Shown: positions 16,328 through 25,113, numbered from the stretch's first letter. The stretch is DNA of 32,000 nucleotides from Kiritimatiella glycovorans (GCF_001017655.1 NZ_CP010904.1:1320001-1352000); one strand, 5' to 3'. The notes: generated by a model not told the origin, from the sequence alone. A program made the numbers and translations.

Positions 16328-19275
16328 TGCGCATGAATCCCCGTGTCTTCTTTTTCACAGCCCTGTTCGTGGCCGTCCTGACGAGCCCCCCCGTCCCTTC
16401 CGTGGCCGCCCCGGCCCCCGACGTCCTGCCGGAGGTTCCCGCGGACCACGTCGCGAAGATCCGCGCCGCCCTCCCCTCCCCGGCCCCGGCCCCCGAAACC
16501 CCGCGCCGTATCCTGCTCTTTTGGCGTTGCGAGGGCTTCTATCACTCCGCCATTCCCTGGGCGAACCGGGCGATTCAGGAAATGGGGGCCATGAACAAGG
16601 CGTGGACCTGCGCGGTGAGTAAAGACATGGCGGTGTTCACGCCGGAACGTCTCGCCGAATACGATGTCGTCGTGTTCAACAGCACGACCCGTCTGCAGCC
16701 CACGGACGAACAGCTCCAAGCCCTGCTCGATTTCGTGCGCGGCGGAGGCGGAATCGTCGGCATTCATGCCGCCACGGACAATTTCTATTCCGATCCCGAA
16801 GCGGCGCAGATGATGGGCGGGCTGTTCAATAAACATCCCTGGCACTTCAAAGGGATGTGGTCATTCGTCCTCGACGATCCAGGCCACCGGCTCAACCAGG
16901 CCTTTGAAGAACTGACGTTTGAAGCGAGCGATGAAATCTACCAGTTCAAGGATCCCTACAGCCGGGAACGAGTCCGCGTGCTGACCCGGGTCGATCTCAG
17001 CCAGGCGTCCAATCTCGAGGTCCAGGGCCGCGAACGCGATGATCTCGATCACGCCATCACCTGGGTGCGCTCCGAGGGCTCAGGCCGCGTCTTTTACTTC
17101 GGATTCGGTCACAACAACGCCATCTACTGGAACAGGCCCCTGATGCGTCATCTTTATGACGGTCTTCGTTTTGCCGCCGGCGACCTCGAGGTCGATACGA
17201 CGCCGAGCGCGCAACGCGACGATCTGGACCGCATCGCCGGCTGGGCCTATGAACAGTCCCGGATGCCCTTCGAGCGCTTGCGAATCCGCTGGAATGAAGC
17301 CGACGATGCGGGACGCGCGAAACTCGAAGACCAGTTCACCGAGGCCCTGCGCAACACGCGATCCACCCTCGACGGCCGGCGCGAGATCTGTCGGCTGCTC
17401 GGCCACTCGGGTTCGGAGCGGGCCTGTGCCGCCCTCGCGGAAGCGCTGCGCCACCCGGATCTGCGCGACGAAGCCTGTATCGCACTCGGCGTTCATCCGA
17501 GTGCCGAGGCGGATGCGGCCCTCGTCGATTTTCTGGCCGATTCCGGGGACGCTCATGCGATCAGTGTGATCAACGCCGCGGGACGGCGACGGGTGAACGC
17601 GGCCGTACCGCAGCTCGCCCGGAGACTCGCGTCTGAAGACGAAGCCCTTGTCAAGGCATCAAGCTACGCGCTGGCTACCATCGCCAGCCCGCCGGCGATC
17701 GAGACGCTCATGGAGGCCTACACCGCCGAGGAAAATTCCATCCTTGAGCCGGCTTTGCTGGATGCGGCCTATCGCCTCGCAGAAGCGGGATCTGCGGAGA
17801 ACGCCCGCCGTCTGTTCGAGGGGCTGACAGGCCGGGGCTCCCCGCAGAGCCGCGCGGCCGCACTCCCCGGACTGGTTTCCCTCCGCGGCCGGGAAATGAT
17901 CCCCGACCTTTTCAAGGCCCTGCGAGAAGGTTCCGACCCCGTGGCGGAAACGGCCGCCCGGATCTTGCCCGAACTCCTCACCCCGTCCACGGTGCGCCCG
18001 CTGGCCCGTACCCTGGATTCGCTGCCGGACGACCGCGTCCCGATGGCGCTGGAGGTGCTTGCGCGGGTGGCGCCTGACGAAACCCTGCCGATCCTCCGTT
18101 CGATGCTGGACACAGACGAGCCGTCCTCGGCCTCTATGGCCCTGGCAATCATCGGCCGGTTCGGCGAACGTGAGGACCTCGCCCGCTGTTTTGACTGGGC
18201 GGCCCACGAGGATGAAGGGGCCTCCGGCCCGGCCCGCGAAGTCCTGAGTTATGATCATCTTCCGGGGACGGATAAGTTTCTGCTGAAGAAACTCGATCCC
18301 GACACCGCACCCGAAGATACCGCCCTGGCGATCGAACTGCTCTCCAAACGCGAACACCCCGAGCTGCTGGACCGTCTGCGCGACCCGGCCTGGTATGATG
18401 ACCACATCACCGCTTCCGCGGCGTTGAACGCTCTCAAGGAACACGCGACCCGGGATGATCTCGGTCCGGTTATTCAGCTTTTCTTTGCGGTGAACAATCG
18501 CACGGCGCCCAAACTGGCGGGCGTTATTCGCAAAATTGCCCAGGAATACAAGGATCAGAAAGCCGTGCTCGACGGATACCGGCGCGCCCTGGACCATGCA
18601 CGGGAAATGCATTCCACGGCCCGCATGCGGATTTTGATGCAGTTGGTCGACTATCTCGATATCCCCGCTCACCTCAAAGGCGAGGCATGGATGGCGCTCA
18701 TCCGGGAGTGCGAGGACAAGGCCCTTCGCCTCGAGGCGATCCAACTGCTGGCCCGCTCGGCTCCTTCCGCGAGTGCCCTCGATTTTATCTCCGGCCTCCA
18801 CGGTGACGCCGACTTGACCGCCGTCATTGAACGGGCCCACCGCTCCATTGAGAAGGCCCTCTCCGGACCGCCTGAACTCACGGCATCCCATGGGGGCGGC
18901 ACCCTTAAGGCCCTCTTCACCCCCGAAACCGAGGACCGATGGACCAGCCACCAGTCGCGGGAACCGGGCATGTGGCTGCTCATCGATTTCCGGGTGCCCC
19001 GCCGGGTGGGATCGATCACCCTGGATGCGTCCGGCTCGAAAAATGATTTTCCGAATCAATATGAGGTGTATACCGACGACGAGCAGGAGGCTTCGGCCGC
19101 CCCGCGGCTGAGGGGTGAGGGATCCACGGTGACAAAAATCGATCTCGGCGGCGTGGAAACGCAGTTCGTCAAGATTGTCAACCAGTCCGAGGCCCACCAG
19201 TGGTGGTCCATTCACGACCTGCGCATCGACGGCGAATCGCTCTCCTCCATGAAGAACCACGATGCCGGGAAGTAG
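16324..19275 (+). CDS. secreted ThuA-like domain / HEAT-repeat / discoidin (F5-8 type C) fusion protein, 983 aa
   Basis: Signal peptide (VFFFTALFVAVLTSPPVPSVAA). ThuA-like class-I amidotransferase-like fold (RILLFWRCEGFYHS...YDVVVFNSTT...GGGGIVGIHAATD...FNKHPWH...ITWVRSEGSGRVFYFGFGH). Central HEAT-like repeats. C-terminal discoidin (MWLLIDFRVPRRVGSITLDASGS...QYEVYTDD...FVKIVNQSEAHQWWSIHDLRIDG). The start is either GTG 16324 or ATG 16327, and both overlap the upstream stop. Confidence 0.85.
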   Translation: MMRMNPRVFFFTALFVAVLTSPPVPSVAAPAPDVLPEVPADHVAKIRAALPSPAPAPETPRRILLFWRCEGFYHSAIPWANRAIQEMGAMNKAWTCAVSKDMAVFTPERLAEYDVVVFNSTTRLQPTDEQLQALLDFVRGGGGIVGIHAATDNFYSDPEAAQMMGGLFNKHPWHFKGMWSFVLDDPGHRLNQAFEELTFEASDEIYQFKDPYSRERVRVLTRVDLSQASNLEVQGRERDDLDHAITWVRSEGSGRVFYFGFGHNNAIYWNRPLMRHLYDGLRFAAGDLEVDTTPSAQRDDLDRIAGWAYEQSRMPFERLRIRWNEADDAGRAKLEDQFTEALRNTRSTLDGRREICRLLGHSGSERACAALAEALRHPDLRDEACIALGVHPSAEADAALVDFLADSGDAHAISVINAAGRRRVNAAVPQLARRLASEDEALVKASSYALATIASPPAIETLMEAYTAEENSILEPALLDAAYRLAEAGSAENARRLFEGLTGRGSPQSRAAALPGLVSLRGREMIPDLFKALREGSDPVAETAARILPELLTPSTVRPLARTLDSLPDDRVPMALEVLARVAPDETLPILRSMLDTDEPSSASMALAIIGRFGEREDLARCFDWAAHEDEGASGPAREVLSYDHLPGTDKFLLKKLDPDTAPEDTALAIELLSKREHPELLDRLRDPAWYDDHITASAALNALKEHATRDDLGPVIQLFFAVNNRTAPKLAGVIRKIAQEYKDQKAVLDGYRRALDHAREMHSTARMRILMQLVDYLDIPAHLKGEAWMALIRECEDKALRLEAIQLLARSAPSASALDFISGLHGDADLTAVIERAHRSIEKALSGPPELTASHGGGTLKALFTPETEDRWTSHQSREPGMWLLIDFRVPRRVGSITLDASGSKNDFPNQYEVYTDDEQEASAAPRLRGEGSTVTKIDLGGVETQFVKIVNQSEAHQWWSIHDLRIDGESLSSMKNHDAGK

Positions 19276-19304
19276 TATCCATCATTAACCGAAAGGGTGT
19301 GCCG

Positions 19305-19823
19305 ATGAAGAAAAGATTTATGAGCGACTGGACCGGGAAAACCTGGGCCTTTCTCACGCTTCGCATCTGGCTGGCGATGCGCGCCATCGTCACCGGCATC
19401 GAGAAGTTTACCGGCACAAAGATTGAAGAACAGCCGCTGCTCGACGAATTCGGCGAACCCGACATCAGCGGCGCTATGGTCGAGGTCAAGACCAAGGTCT
19501 ACGGATTCGAGCACTACCACGCGGTCGATCCGTCCCTGGCCGAAGCCCTGGGCAAGGAGCCCCTGCTGCCGGACTTCTTTCTCACCCCCTACTACGCCGT
19601 GCTCGGTTACGCGCTGATCGGACTGGGCCTGATGCTGCTCGTCGGACTGTTCACGCGCACGTCGCTCTTTCTGATGGGCCTTCTGTACACCTCGCTCACC
19701 TTCGGCCTCATCCTGATCCAGCAGGACGGCGGCGTGGCCTGGCTGGGCATTCACATCCTCATGATCGCCCTGGCCCTCTCCTGGGCGGACGACAACCGAC
19801 TGGCCCTGACGCAAAAGGGATAA
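19305..19823 (+). CDS. small 4-TM membrane protein, DoxX-like (tentative)
   Basis: Start chosen at ATG 19305 (MKKRFMSDW...); the track start at 19200 overlaps the previous gene. One N-terminal TM (FLTLRIWLAMRAIVTGIEKF, DoxX-like), a loop of about 60 aa, then three C-terminal TMs. Confidence 0.45.
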   Translation: MKKRFMSDWTGKTWAFLTLRIWLAMRAIVTGIEKFTGTKIEEQPLLDEFGEPDISGAMVEVKTKVYGFEHYHAVDPSLAEALGKEPLLPDFFLTPYYAVLGYALIGLGLMLLVGLFTRTSLFLMGLLYTSLTFGLILIQQDGGVAWLGIHILMIALALSWADDNRLALTQKG

Positions 19824-19848
19824 ACCCGCAACCATACGGAGCGAAACC

Positions 19849-21183
19849 ATGACGAATGAAACCACGAGACGCGAATTCATGCAGAAGAGCGGTACGGCCG
19901 CGGCCGGACTCTGGCTGGCGGCGTCGCACGCCGCGCGGGTTCGGGCGGCGGAGACCTCCAGCGCCGGCCAGATCAATGTCGGCCTCGTCGGGGTCGGCGA
20001 ACAGGGCCGCGTGCTGCTCAACGCGGCCAAGGACCTCCCCGGACTGAACTTCACGGCGGTCTGCGATATCTGGGAGTACAGTCAAAAATACGGGCGCAAC
20101 TACCTGCGCAAATTCGGACACGATCCCGCCGTCTACACCGACTACCGCGAAATGCTCGAGAAACAGACCGACCTCGACGCCGTGATCGTCGCCACGCCCG
20201 ACTTCGTGCATCACGAAATTACGATCGCCGCGCTGGAGGCCGGCAAAGACGTCTACTGCGAAAAGGCGATGTCCAACGACATCGAGAAGGCGCGCGCCAT
20301 GGTCCGGGCGATGAAATCGACCGGGCGCCTGCTGCAGATCGGCCATCAGCGCCGCAGCAACCCGCGCTACATCCACACCTACCACAATCTTCTGAAGAAG
20401 GCGCGGATTACCGGCACGATGACCAACGCCAACGCGCAGTGGAATCGCGCCAAAGTCGAACCGCGCGGGTGGCCGGATAAGTACACGATCCCGCAGGATG
20501 TGCTTACAAAATTCGGATATGCCGACATGCAGCAGTTCCGCAACTGGCGCTGGTACAGGAAATACGGCGGCGGACCCATCTTTGATCTCGGCGCCCACCA
20601 GATCGACATCTTCAACTGGTTCTTCGGCGGAGCCCCCAGGACCGTGACCGCCGACGGGGGCAACGACTTCTACAAGGACTGGGAGTGGTACGACAACGTC
20701 ATGGCCATCTTCGAGTACGATACGCCCGACGGGACGGCCCGCGCCTTCTACCAGACCCTCAACACCACCAGCGCCGGGGGCGGCTACTGGGAGATGTTCA
20801 TGGGCACCGAGGGCACCGTCAAAATCGCCGAGAATCCGAAGTGGACGCGGGTCTACCGCGAAGCGCACGCGCCGGACTGGGAGAAGTGGTTCAAGCTGCA
20901 CTATCTCGAAAAGATGGACATGCCCGGACCGCAGCAGGCCGAGGCCGGCAAGGTCGATGTGCGCGAGACCGCGCCGCTCGTGGCCTTCAAAATCCCGGTC
21001 ACGCTGAGTAAGCCGATCCACCAGCCGCACCTGGAAAACTTCTTCGCGGCCATGCGCGGCGAAGAGGAACTGAACTGCCCGGCCGACCACGCCTTCGAGA
21101 GCGAAGTCGCGGTGTTCAAGGTCAACCCGGCCATCGAAGCCGGACGCAAGATGACCATCACGGACGAGGATCTGGCGGTCTAG
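19849..21183 (+). CDS. Gfo/Idh/MocA-family oxidoreductase with Tat signal
   Basis: Tat motif TRREFMQKSGTAAAGLWLAAS. Rossmann INVGLVGVGEQGR. YCEKAMS motif. Confidence 0.9.
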   Translation: MTNETTRREFMQKSGTAAAGLWLAASHAARVRAAETSSAGQINVGLVGVGEQGRVLLNAAKDLPGLNFTAVCDIWEYSQKYGRNYLRKFGHDPAVYTDYREMLEKQTDLDAVIVATPDFVHHEITIAALEAGKDVYCEKAMSNDIEKARAMVRAMKSTGRLLQIGHQRRSNPRYIHTYHNLLKKARITGTMTNANAQWNRAKVEPRGWPDKYTIPQDVLTKFGYADMQQFRNWRWYRKYGGGPIFDLGAHQIDIFNWFFGGAPRTVTADGGNDFYKDWEWYDNVMAIFEYDTPDGTARAFYQTLNTTSAGGGYWEMFMGTEGTVKIAENPKWTRVYREAHAPDWEKWFKLHYLEKMDMPGPQQAEAGKVDVRETAPLVAFKIPVTLSKPIHQPHLENFFAAMRGEEELNCPADHAFESEVAVFKVNPAIEAGRKMTITDEDLAV

Positions 21184-21216
21184 CGGGCGCTGTTCCGGGA
21201 TCAAGGAAGGGCACGA

Positions 21217-23835
21217 ATGGCATCCACGAAGCTGGAATTCACTACCGGCATATCAGGACTGGATCGAATGCTCCACGGGCTGCGGCCCGGGGACAATGTC
21301 GTCCTGCAGGTCGGTCGCATGGACGAGTATTCGCCGCTGGTGGAACCGTTCTACCGCGCGAACCTCGCCGAGGGTAAAAAGCTCATCTACTTCCGCTTCG
21401 CGCGTCACCGGCCGCTGATCCCCGACGACGCCGGCGCCGAGGTGCACCACCTCCATCCCGAGGCGGGGTTCGAGCGGTTCATCACCGAGACGCTCGATAT
21501 CATCGAGCGGGCGGGGCCCGGCGCCTGTTACGTCTTCGACTGCCTCTCGGATCTGGCGGTCGACTGGTACAGCGACCGGATGCTGGGCAACTTCTTCATG
21601 CTCGCCTGCCCCTACCTCTACCGGCTGGACACGATCGCCTACTTCGCGCTGCTGCGTAACAATCACTCCTCGCTGGCCATCGACGCGATCCGCCGGACCG
21701 CGCAGGTCGTGATGACGGTCTACCGCAACCACCGCGAGCTGTACGTGCACCCCCAGAAGGTCGACCAGCGCTACTCGCCGACCATGTACGTCCTGAACCA
21801 CTGGAAGGGCGAGGCGTTCCAGCCGGTGACCGACAGCGCCGTGACCGCGGACATCCTCAGCGACACGACGCAGCCGTGGCTGGAATTCGCCAACCGCCGC
21901 CCCGAAGTGTGGACCCGCACGGTGATGCGTGCGCAGGAGGTCTGCGAGCAGCTGACCTCGCAGGACGCGGAGCCCGGGGACGACGAGGAACTCTACCTGC
22001 GGCTGTTGCGTATGGCGGTCTCGCGCGATGAACGGTTCATCGATCTCTGCCGGCGCTATTTCTCGCTCAGGGATCTGCTGGCGATCGTGCAGCGCATGAT
22101 CGGCACGGGGCTGATCGGCGGCAAATCGCTGGGCATGCTCCTGGCCCGCGCCATGCTCTGCGCGAAAAACCCGGCCTGGCAGGCGAAGCTCGAAGTCCAC
22201 GATTCCTTCTTCGTGGGCTCGGATGTCTTCTACACCTATCTCGTGCAGAACAAATGCTGGTGGCTGCGGCGGCGCAAGGCCGACAGCACCATGGAAGAGG
22301 TTCTCGACAATGCGGGCGCCGCCCGGGAGAAAATCCTCGCCGGCGCGTTTCCCGAGGACATCCGCAACCAGTTCATGGAGATGCTGAACTACTTCGGACA
22401 GTCGCCGATCATCGTCCGCTCCAGCAGCCTGCTCGAGGACAACTACGGCAATTCCTTCTCGGGCAAGTACGATAGCGTGTTCTGCACGAATCAGGGTACG
22501 CCGGAGGAGCGGTTCGAGGAGCTGCTCTCCGCCATCCGGACCGTCTATGCCAGCACCATGAACCGGGAGACGCTGACGTATCGCTCCGACCGCGGGCTGC
22601 TGGACCGGGACGAGCAGATGGCGCTGCTGATTCAGCGCGTTTCGGGGAACGCCCACGAAGGCCTCTTCTTCCCCCATATGGCCGGCACGGCGTTTTCGTT
22701 CAATCCCTACGTCTGGAACCGGGACATCGATCCCGAGACCGGCATCGTGCGGCTGGTCGCCGGTCTGGGGACGCGGGCGGTCGACCGCACCGAGGACGAC
22801 TACACCCGGCTCGTGGCTCTGAACGCCCCGATGAAGCAGCCGTTCGACGACGAGGACGCGCGCCGTTTCTCTCAACGGCGCATGGACGTACTCGACCTGG
22901 AGAACAATCAGCTCGACAGTTTTCCGGTCGAAGACATCATGCGCCGGCTGCCCGAACGCCTCCTGCCGCATCTCGCGGTCCGCGACAGCCGGGTCGAGGA
23001 GTTCGCGCGTCAGCGCGGTGAAATGCGCACCGCCTGGCGGCTGAGCTTCGATCGCACCCTGAGCGAAGATACGTTCGTGAAAGACCTGCGCGACATGCTG
23101 CACATACTGCACGAGGCCTACCGCTACCCGGTCGATGTCGAATTCACGGCCAACATCACCGGCGACCGCAAACTGCTTTACAACCTGGTCCAGTGCCGTC
23201 CGTTCCAGGTCCAGGTCAGCGCCCAGGGGCACCTCGTCCAGTGGCCGGAGTCCCTCACCGCCGAGGACACGCTGCTCGAGAGCAGCGGCCCCGTGATCGG
23301 CCCCGGCCTGGCGGGCGAGATCGACCGCATTCTCTACGTGGTCCCGGAAGCCTACTCGAAGCTGTCGACCCAGGACCGCTACGGCGTGGCCCGGCTGATC
23401 GGCCGGATCACCCATCTCGAGACGGAGGAACGCCGCAAGACCCTGATGCTGATCGGACCCGGCCGCTGGGGTACGCGATCGCCGTCGCTGGGGGTGCCGG
23501 TCACCTTCGCCGAGATCAACCGCACGTCCGTGTTGTGCGAACTGGCGATGATGCACGAGGGCCTGGTGCCGGACGTCTCACTGGGCACGCATTTCTTCAA
23601 CGACATGGTCGAGGCCGGACTGATCTGCCTGGCCGTGTTCCCGGGCCGGGAGGGGAACAGCTTCTCGCCGGAATTCCTGAAGTCCTCCCCCAATCGACTG
23701 GTCGAGGTGCTTCCGGACGCCCTGCGCTGGCAGGAGGTGCTGCGGGTGGTCGACGGGGATCAGTTCGGCAAACATCAGCGGCTGTATTTCCGCGCCGACC
23801 CGATGAAACAGCGCGCGGTCTGTTACAAGGCCTGA
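21217..23835 (+). CDS. fusion protein: degenerate KaiC/RecA-like N-domain (no Walker A) + PPS/PPDK-type ATP-binding (PPDK_N) domain + uncharacterised C-terminal domain, 872 aa
   Basis: The N-terminus FTTGISGLDRMLHGLRPGDNVVLQVG resembles the KaiC-family opening TGIPGLDxxLGGGLPxGxxxLIxG, but GRMDEYS replaces GxxGxGKT. The central region carries PPDK_N motifs: LIGGKSLGMLLA, PIIVRSSSLLEDNYGNSFSGKYDS, MALLIQRV, GTAFSFNP, VAGLGTRAVD, YPVDVEFT...LVQCRP. No GGxTSHAA phosphohistidine signature was seen by eye. Confidence 0.7.
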   Translation: MASTKLEFTTGISGLDRMLHGLRPGDNVVLQVGRMDEYSPLVEPFYRANLAEGKKLIYFRFARHRPLIPDDAGAEVHHLHPEAGFERFITETLDIIERAGPGACYVFDCLSDLAVDWYSDRMLGNFFMLACPYLYRLDTIAYFALLRNNHSSLAIDAIRRTAQVVMTVYRNHRELYVHPQKVDQRYSPTMYVLNHWKGEAFQPVTDSAVTADILSDTTQPWLEFANRRPEVWTRTVMRAQEVCEQLTSQDAEPGDDEELYLRLLRMAVSRDERFIDLCRRYFSLRDLLAIVQRMIGTGLIGGKSLGMLLARAMLCAKNPAWQAKLEVHDSFFVGSDVFYTYLVQNKCWWLRRRKADSTMEEVLDNAGAAREKILAGAFPEDIRNQFMEMLNYFGQSPIIVRSSSLLEDNYGNSFSGKYDSVFCTNQGTPEERFEELLSAIRTVYASTMNRETLTYRSDRGLLDRDEQMALLIQRVSGNAHEGLFFPHMAGTAFSFNPYVWNRDIDPETGIVRLVAGLGTRAVDRTEDDYTRLVALNAPMKQPFDDEDARRFSQRRMDVLDLENNQLDSFPVEDIMRRLPERLLPHLAVRDSRVEEFARQRGEMRTAWRLSFDRTLSEDTFVKDLRDMLHILHEAYRYPVDVEFTANITGDRKLLYNLVQCRPFQVQVSAQGHLVQWPESLTAEDTLLESSGPVIGPGLAGEIDRILYVVPEAYSKLSTQDRYGVARLIGRITHLETEERRKTLMLIGPGRWGTRSPSLGVPVTFAEINRTSVLCELAMMHEGLVPDVSLGTHFFNDMVEAGLICLAVFPGREGNSFSPEFLKSSPNRLVEVLPDALRWQEVLRVVDGDQFGKHQRLYFRADPMKQRAVCYKA

Positions 23836-23849
23836 AGTAGGAGCGACGC

Positions 23850-25106
23850 TTGAGCCTGTTGATTCACAATGTGCGGCTGGACGGGAACCCGACCGATATA
23901 CGCATTGACCGGAACCGGTTTACCCGGATCGCACCCGGGCAGGATGAACCTGCGGACACCGTGATCGACGGCGCGGGCTTCGCGATTCTTCCGACCTTTC
24001 ACAACGGCCACACGCATGCGGCGATGACGCTGCTGCGCGGGTATGCGGACGACATGGATCTCGAGACCTGGCTGAACCGGCACATCTGGCCGCTGGAATC
24101 GAAGTTGCGCGAAGAGGACGTATACAACGGGGCGCGGCTCGCATGCGCGGAAATGATCCGTTCCGGAACCACGTTTTTCAATGACATGTACTGGCATCCG
24201 CACGGCACGGCGCGCGCGGCGGACGCCATGGGCCTGCGCGCCGATATCTCGGCGGTGTTCATCGATTTTCACGATCCCGACAAGGCGGATGAGGAGCGAC
24301 GAAACAACGACGCGCTGCTGCGCGCTGCGGACCGGTACCCGGACCGGATCCGCATCACGCTCGGACCTCACGCCGTGTACACGGTATCCGAAGCTTCATT
24401 GCGCTGGGCGGCCGAAGTCTCGGAGTCGCGGGCATGCGACATCCACATCCACCTCGCGGAGACGGAAGAAGAGTGCCGGAACGCGCAGGAGTCCTTCGGC
24501 TGCTCGCCGGTCGCCCATCTCGACCGCAACGGCGTGCTGGGACCGAGGACGGTCGCGGCGCATGTGAACTGGGTGGATGAAAAAGAGATGGATCTGCTCG
24601 CCGAGCGCGGGGTACGCGTGGCCCACAATCCCGCCTCCAACATGAAACTGGCTTCGGGGTCATTCCCCTACGCCGACCTGGCGGGGCGCGGCATAAAGGT
24701 CTGCCTCGGGACGGACGGTGCCTCGTCCAACAACAATCTGGACATGGGCGAAACGATGAAACTGGCCGCGCTGCACGCCAAGCTGCGCTACCGCGACCCG
24801 ACGGTGCTCGGTGCCGAAGAGGTGTTCGAGCTGGCCACCGGCGGCGCTGCGAACCTCTTCGCCCGCGAGTCGGGACGGATCCGCGAAGGCATGCTCGCCG
24901 ACGCGATGCTCGTCAACCTGGGCCACCCCCGCCTCAATCCCGGGTACAACCTTATCTCAGACATGGTCTACGCGGCCGACAGCTCCTGCATCGATACCGT
25001 CATCTGCGACGGCCGCATCCTGATGCGCGGGGGGGTCATCGAGGGAGAAGAGGAAATCGTCGCCAAGGCGCGCGAGAGCCGGGACTACCTTCTGGGCCGG
25101 CCATGA
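23850..25106 (+). CDS. mtaD: amidohydrolase of the MtaD / 5'-methylthioadenosine-S-adenosylhomocysteine deaminase family
   Basis: TTG start with an AGGAG RBS. Motifs: FHNGHTHAAMTLLRGYADDMDLETWL...IWPLE, EMIRSGTTFFNDMY, HIHLAETEEE, AAHVNWV, VAHNPASNMKLASG, LGTDGASSNNNLDM. Confidence 0.75.
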   Translation: MSLLIHNVRLDGNPTDIRIDRNRFTRIAPGQDEPADTVIDGAGFAILPTFHNGHTHAAMTLLRGYADDMDLETWLNRHIWPLESKLREEDVYNGARLACAEMIRSGTTFFNDMYWHPHGTARAADAMGLRADISAVFIDFHDPDKADEERRNNDALLRAADRYPDRIRITLGPHAVYTVSEASLRWAAEVSESRACDIHIHLAETEEECRNAQESFGCSPVAHLDRNGVLGPRTVAAHVNWVDEKEMDLLAERGVRVAHNPASNMKLASGSFPYADLAGRGIKVCLGTDGASSNNNLDMGETMKLAALHAKLRYRDPTVLGAEEVFELATGGAANLFARESGRIREGMLADAMLVNLGHPRLNPGYNLISDMVYAADSSCIDTVICDGRILMRGGVIEGEEEIVAKARESRDYLLGRP

Positions 25107-25113
25107 AAAAGGA

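Noticed and set aside
5482-23556. Many very long ORFs antisense to or overlapping the called genes (e.g. 5482..6921-, 7295..8581-, 9439..11148+, 11992..13185+, 13765..15102-, 14831..16180-, 17659..19260-, 19759..21204-, 21253..23556-, and also 28331..29599+)
   Set aside because: All have extreme Arg/Gly/Pro/His/Ala composition and no recognisable motifs. Each lies opposite a gene with clear family signatures and a proper RBS. They are stop-codon-poor frames expected in GC-rich DNA, not overlapping genes.
21217-25106. Possible RADAR-like anti-phage pair (large RecA-like ATPase plus adenosine deaminase)
   Set aside because: The deaminase is a standard-length MtaD-type housekeeping amidohydrolase with all canonical motifs, not the large RdrB type. 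The large protein lacks a Walker A motif and is dominated by a PPDK_N domain. The pair sits at the end of a metabolic co-directional string with no other defence or mobile genes nearby.
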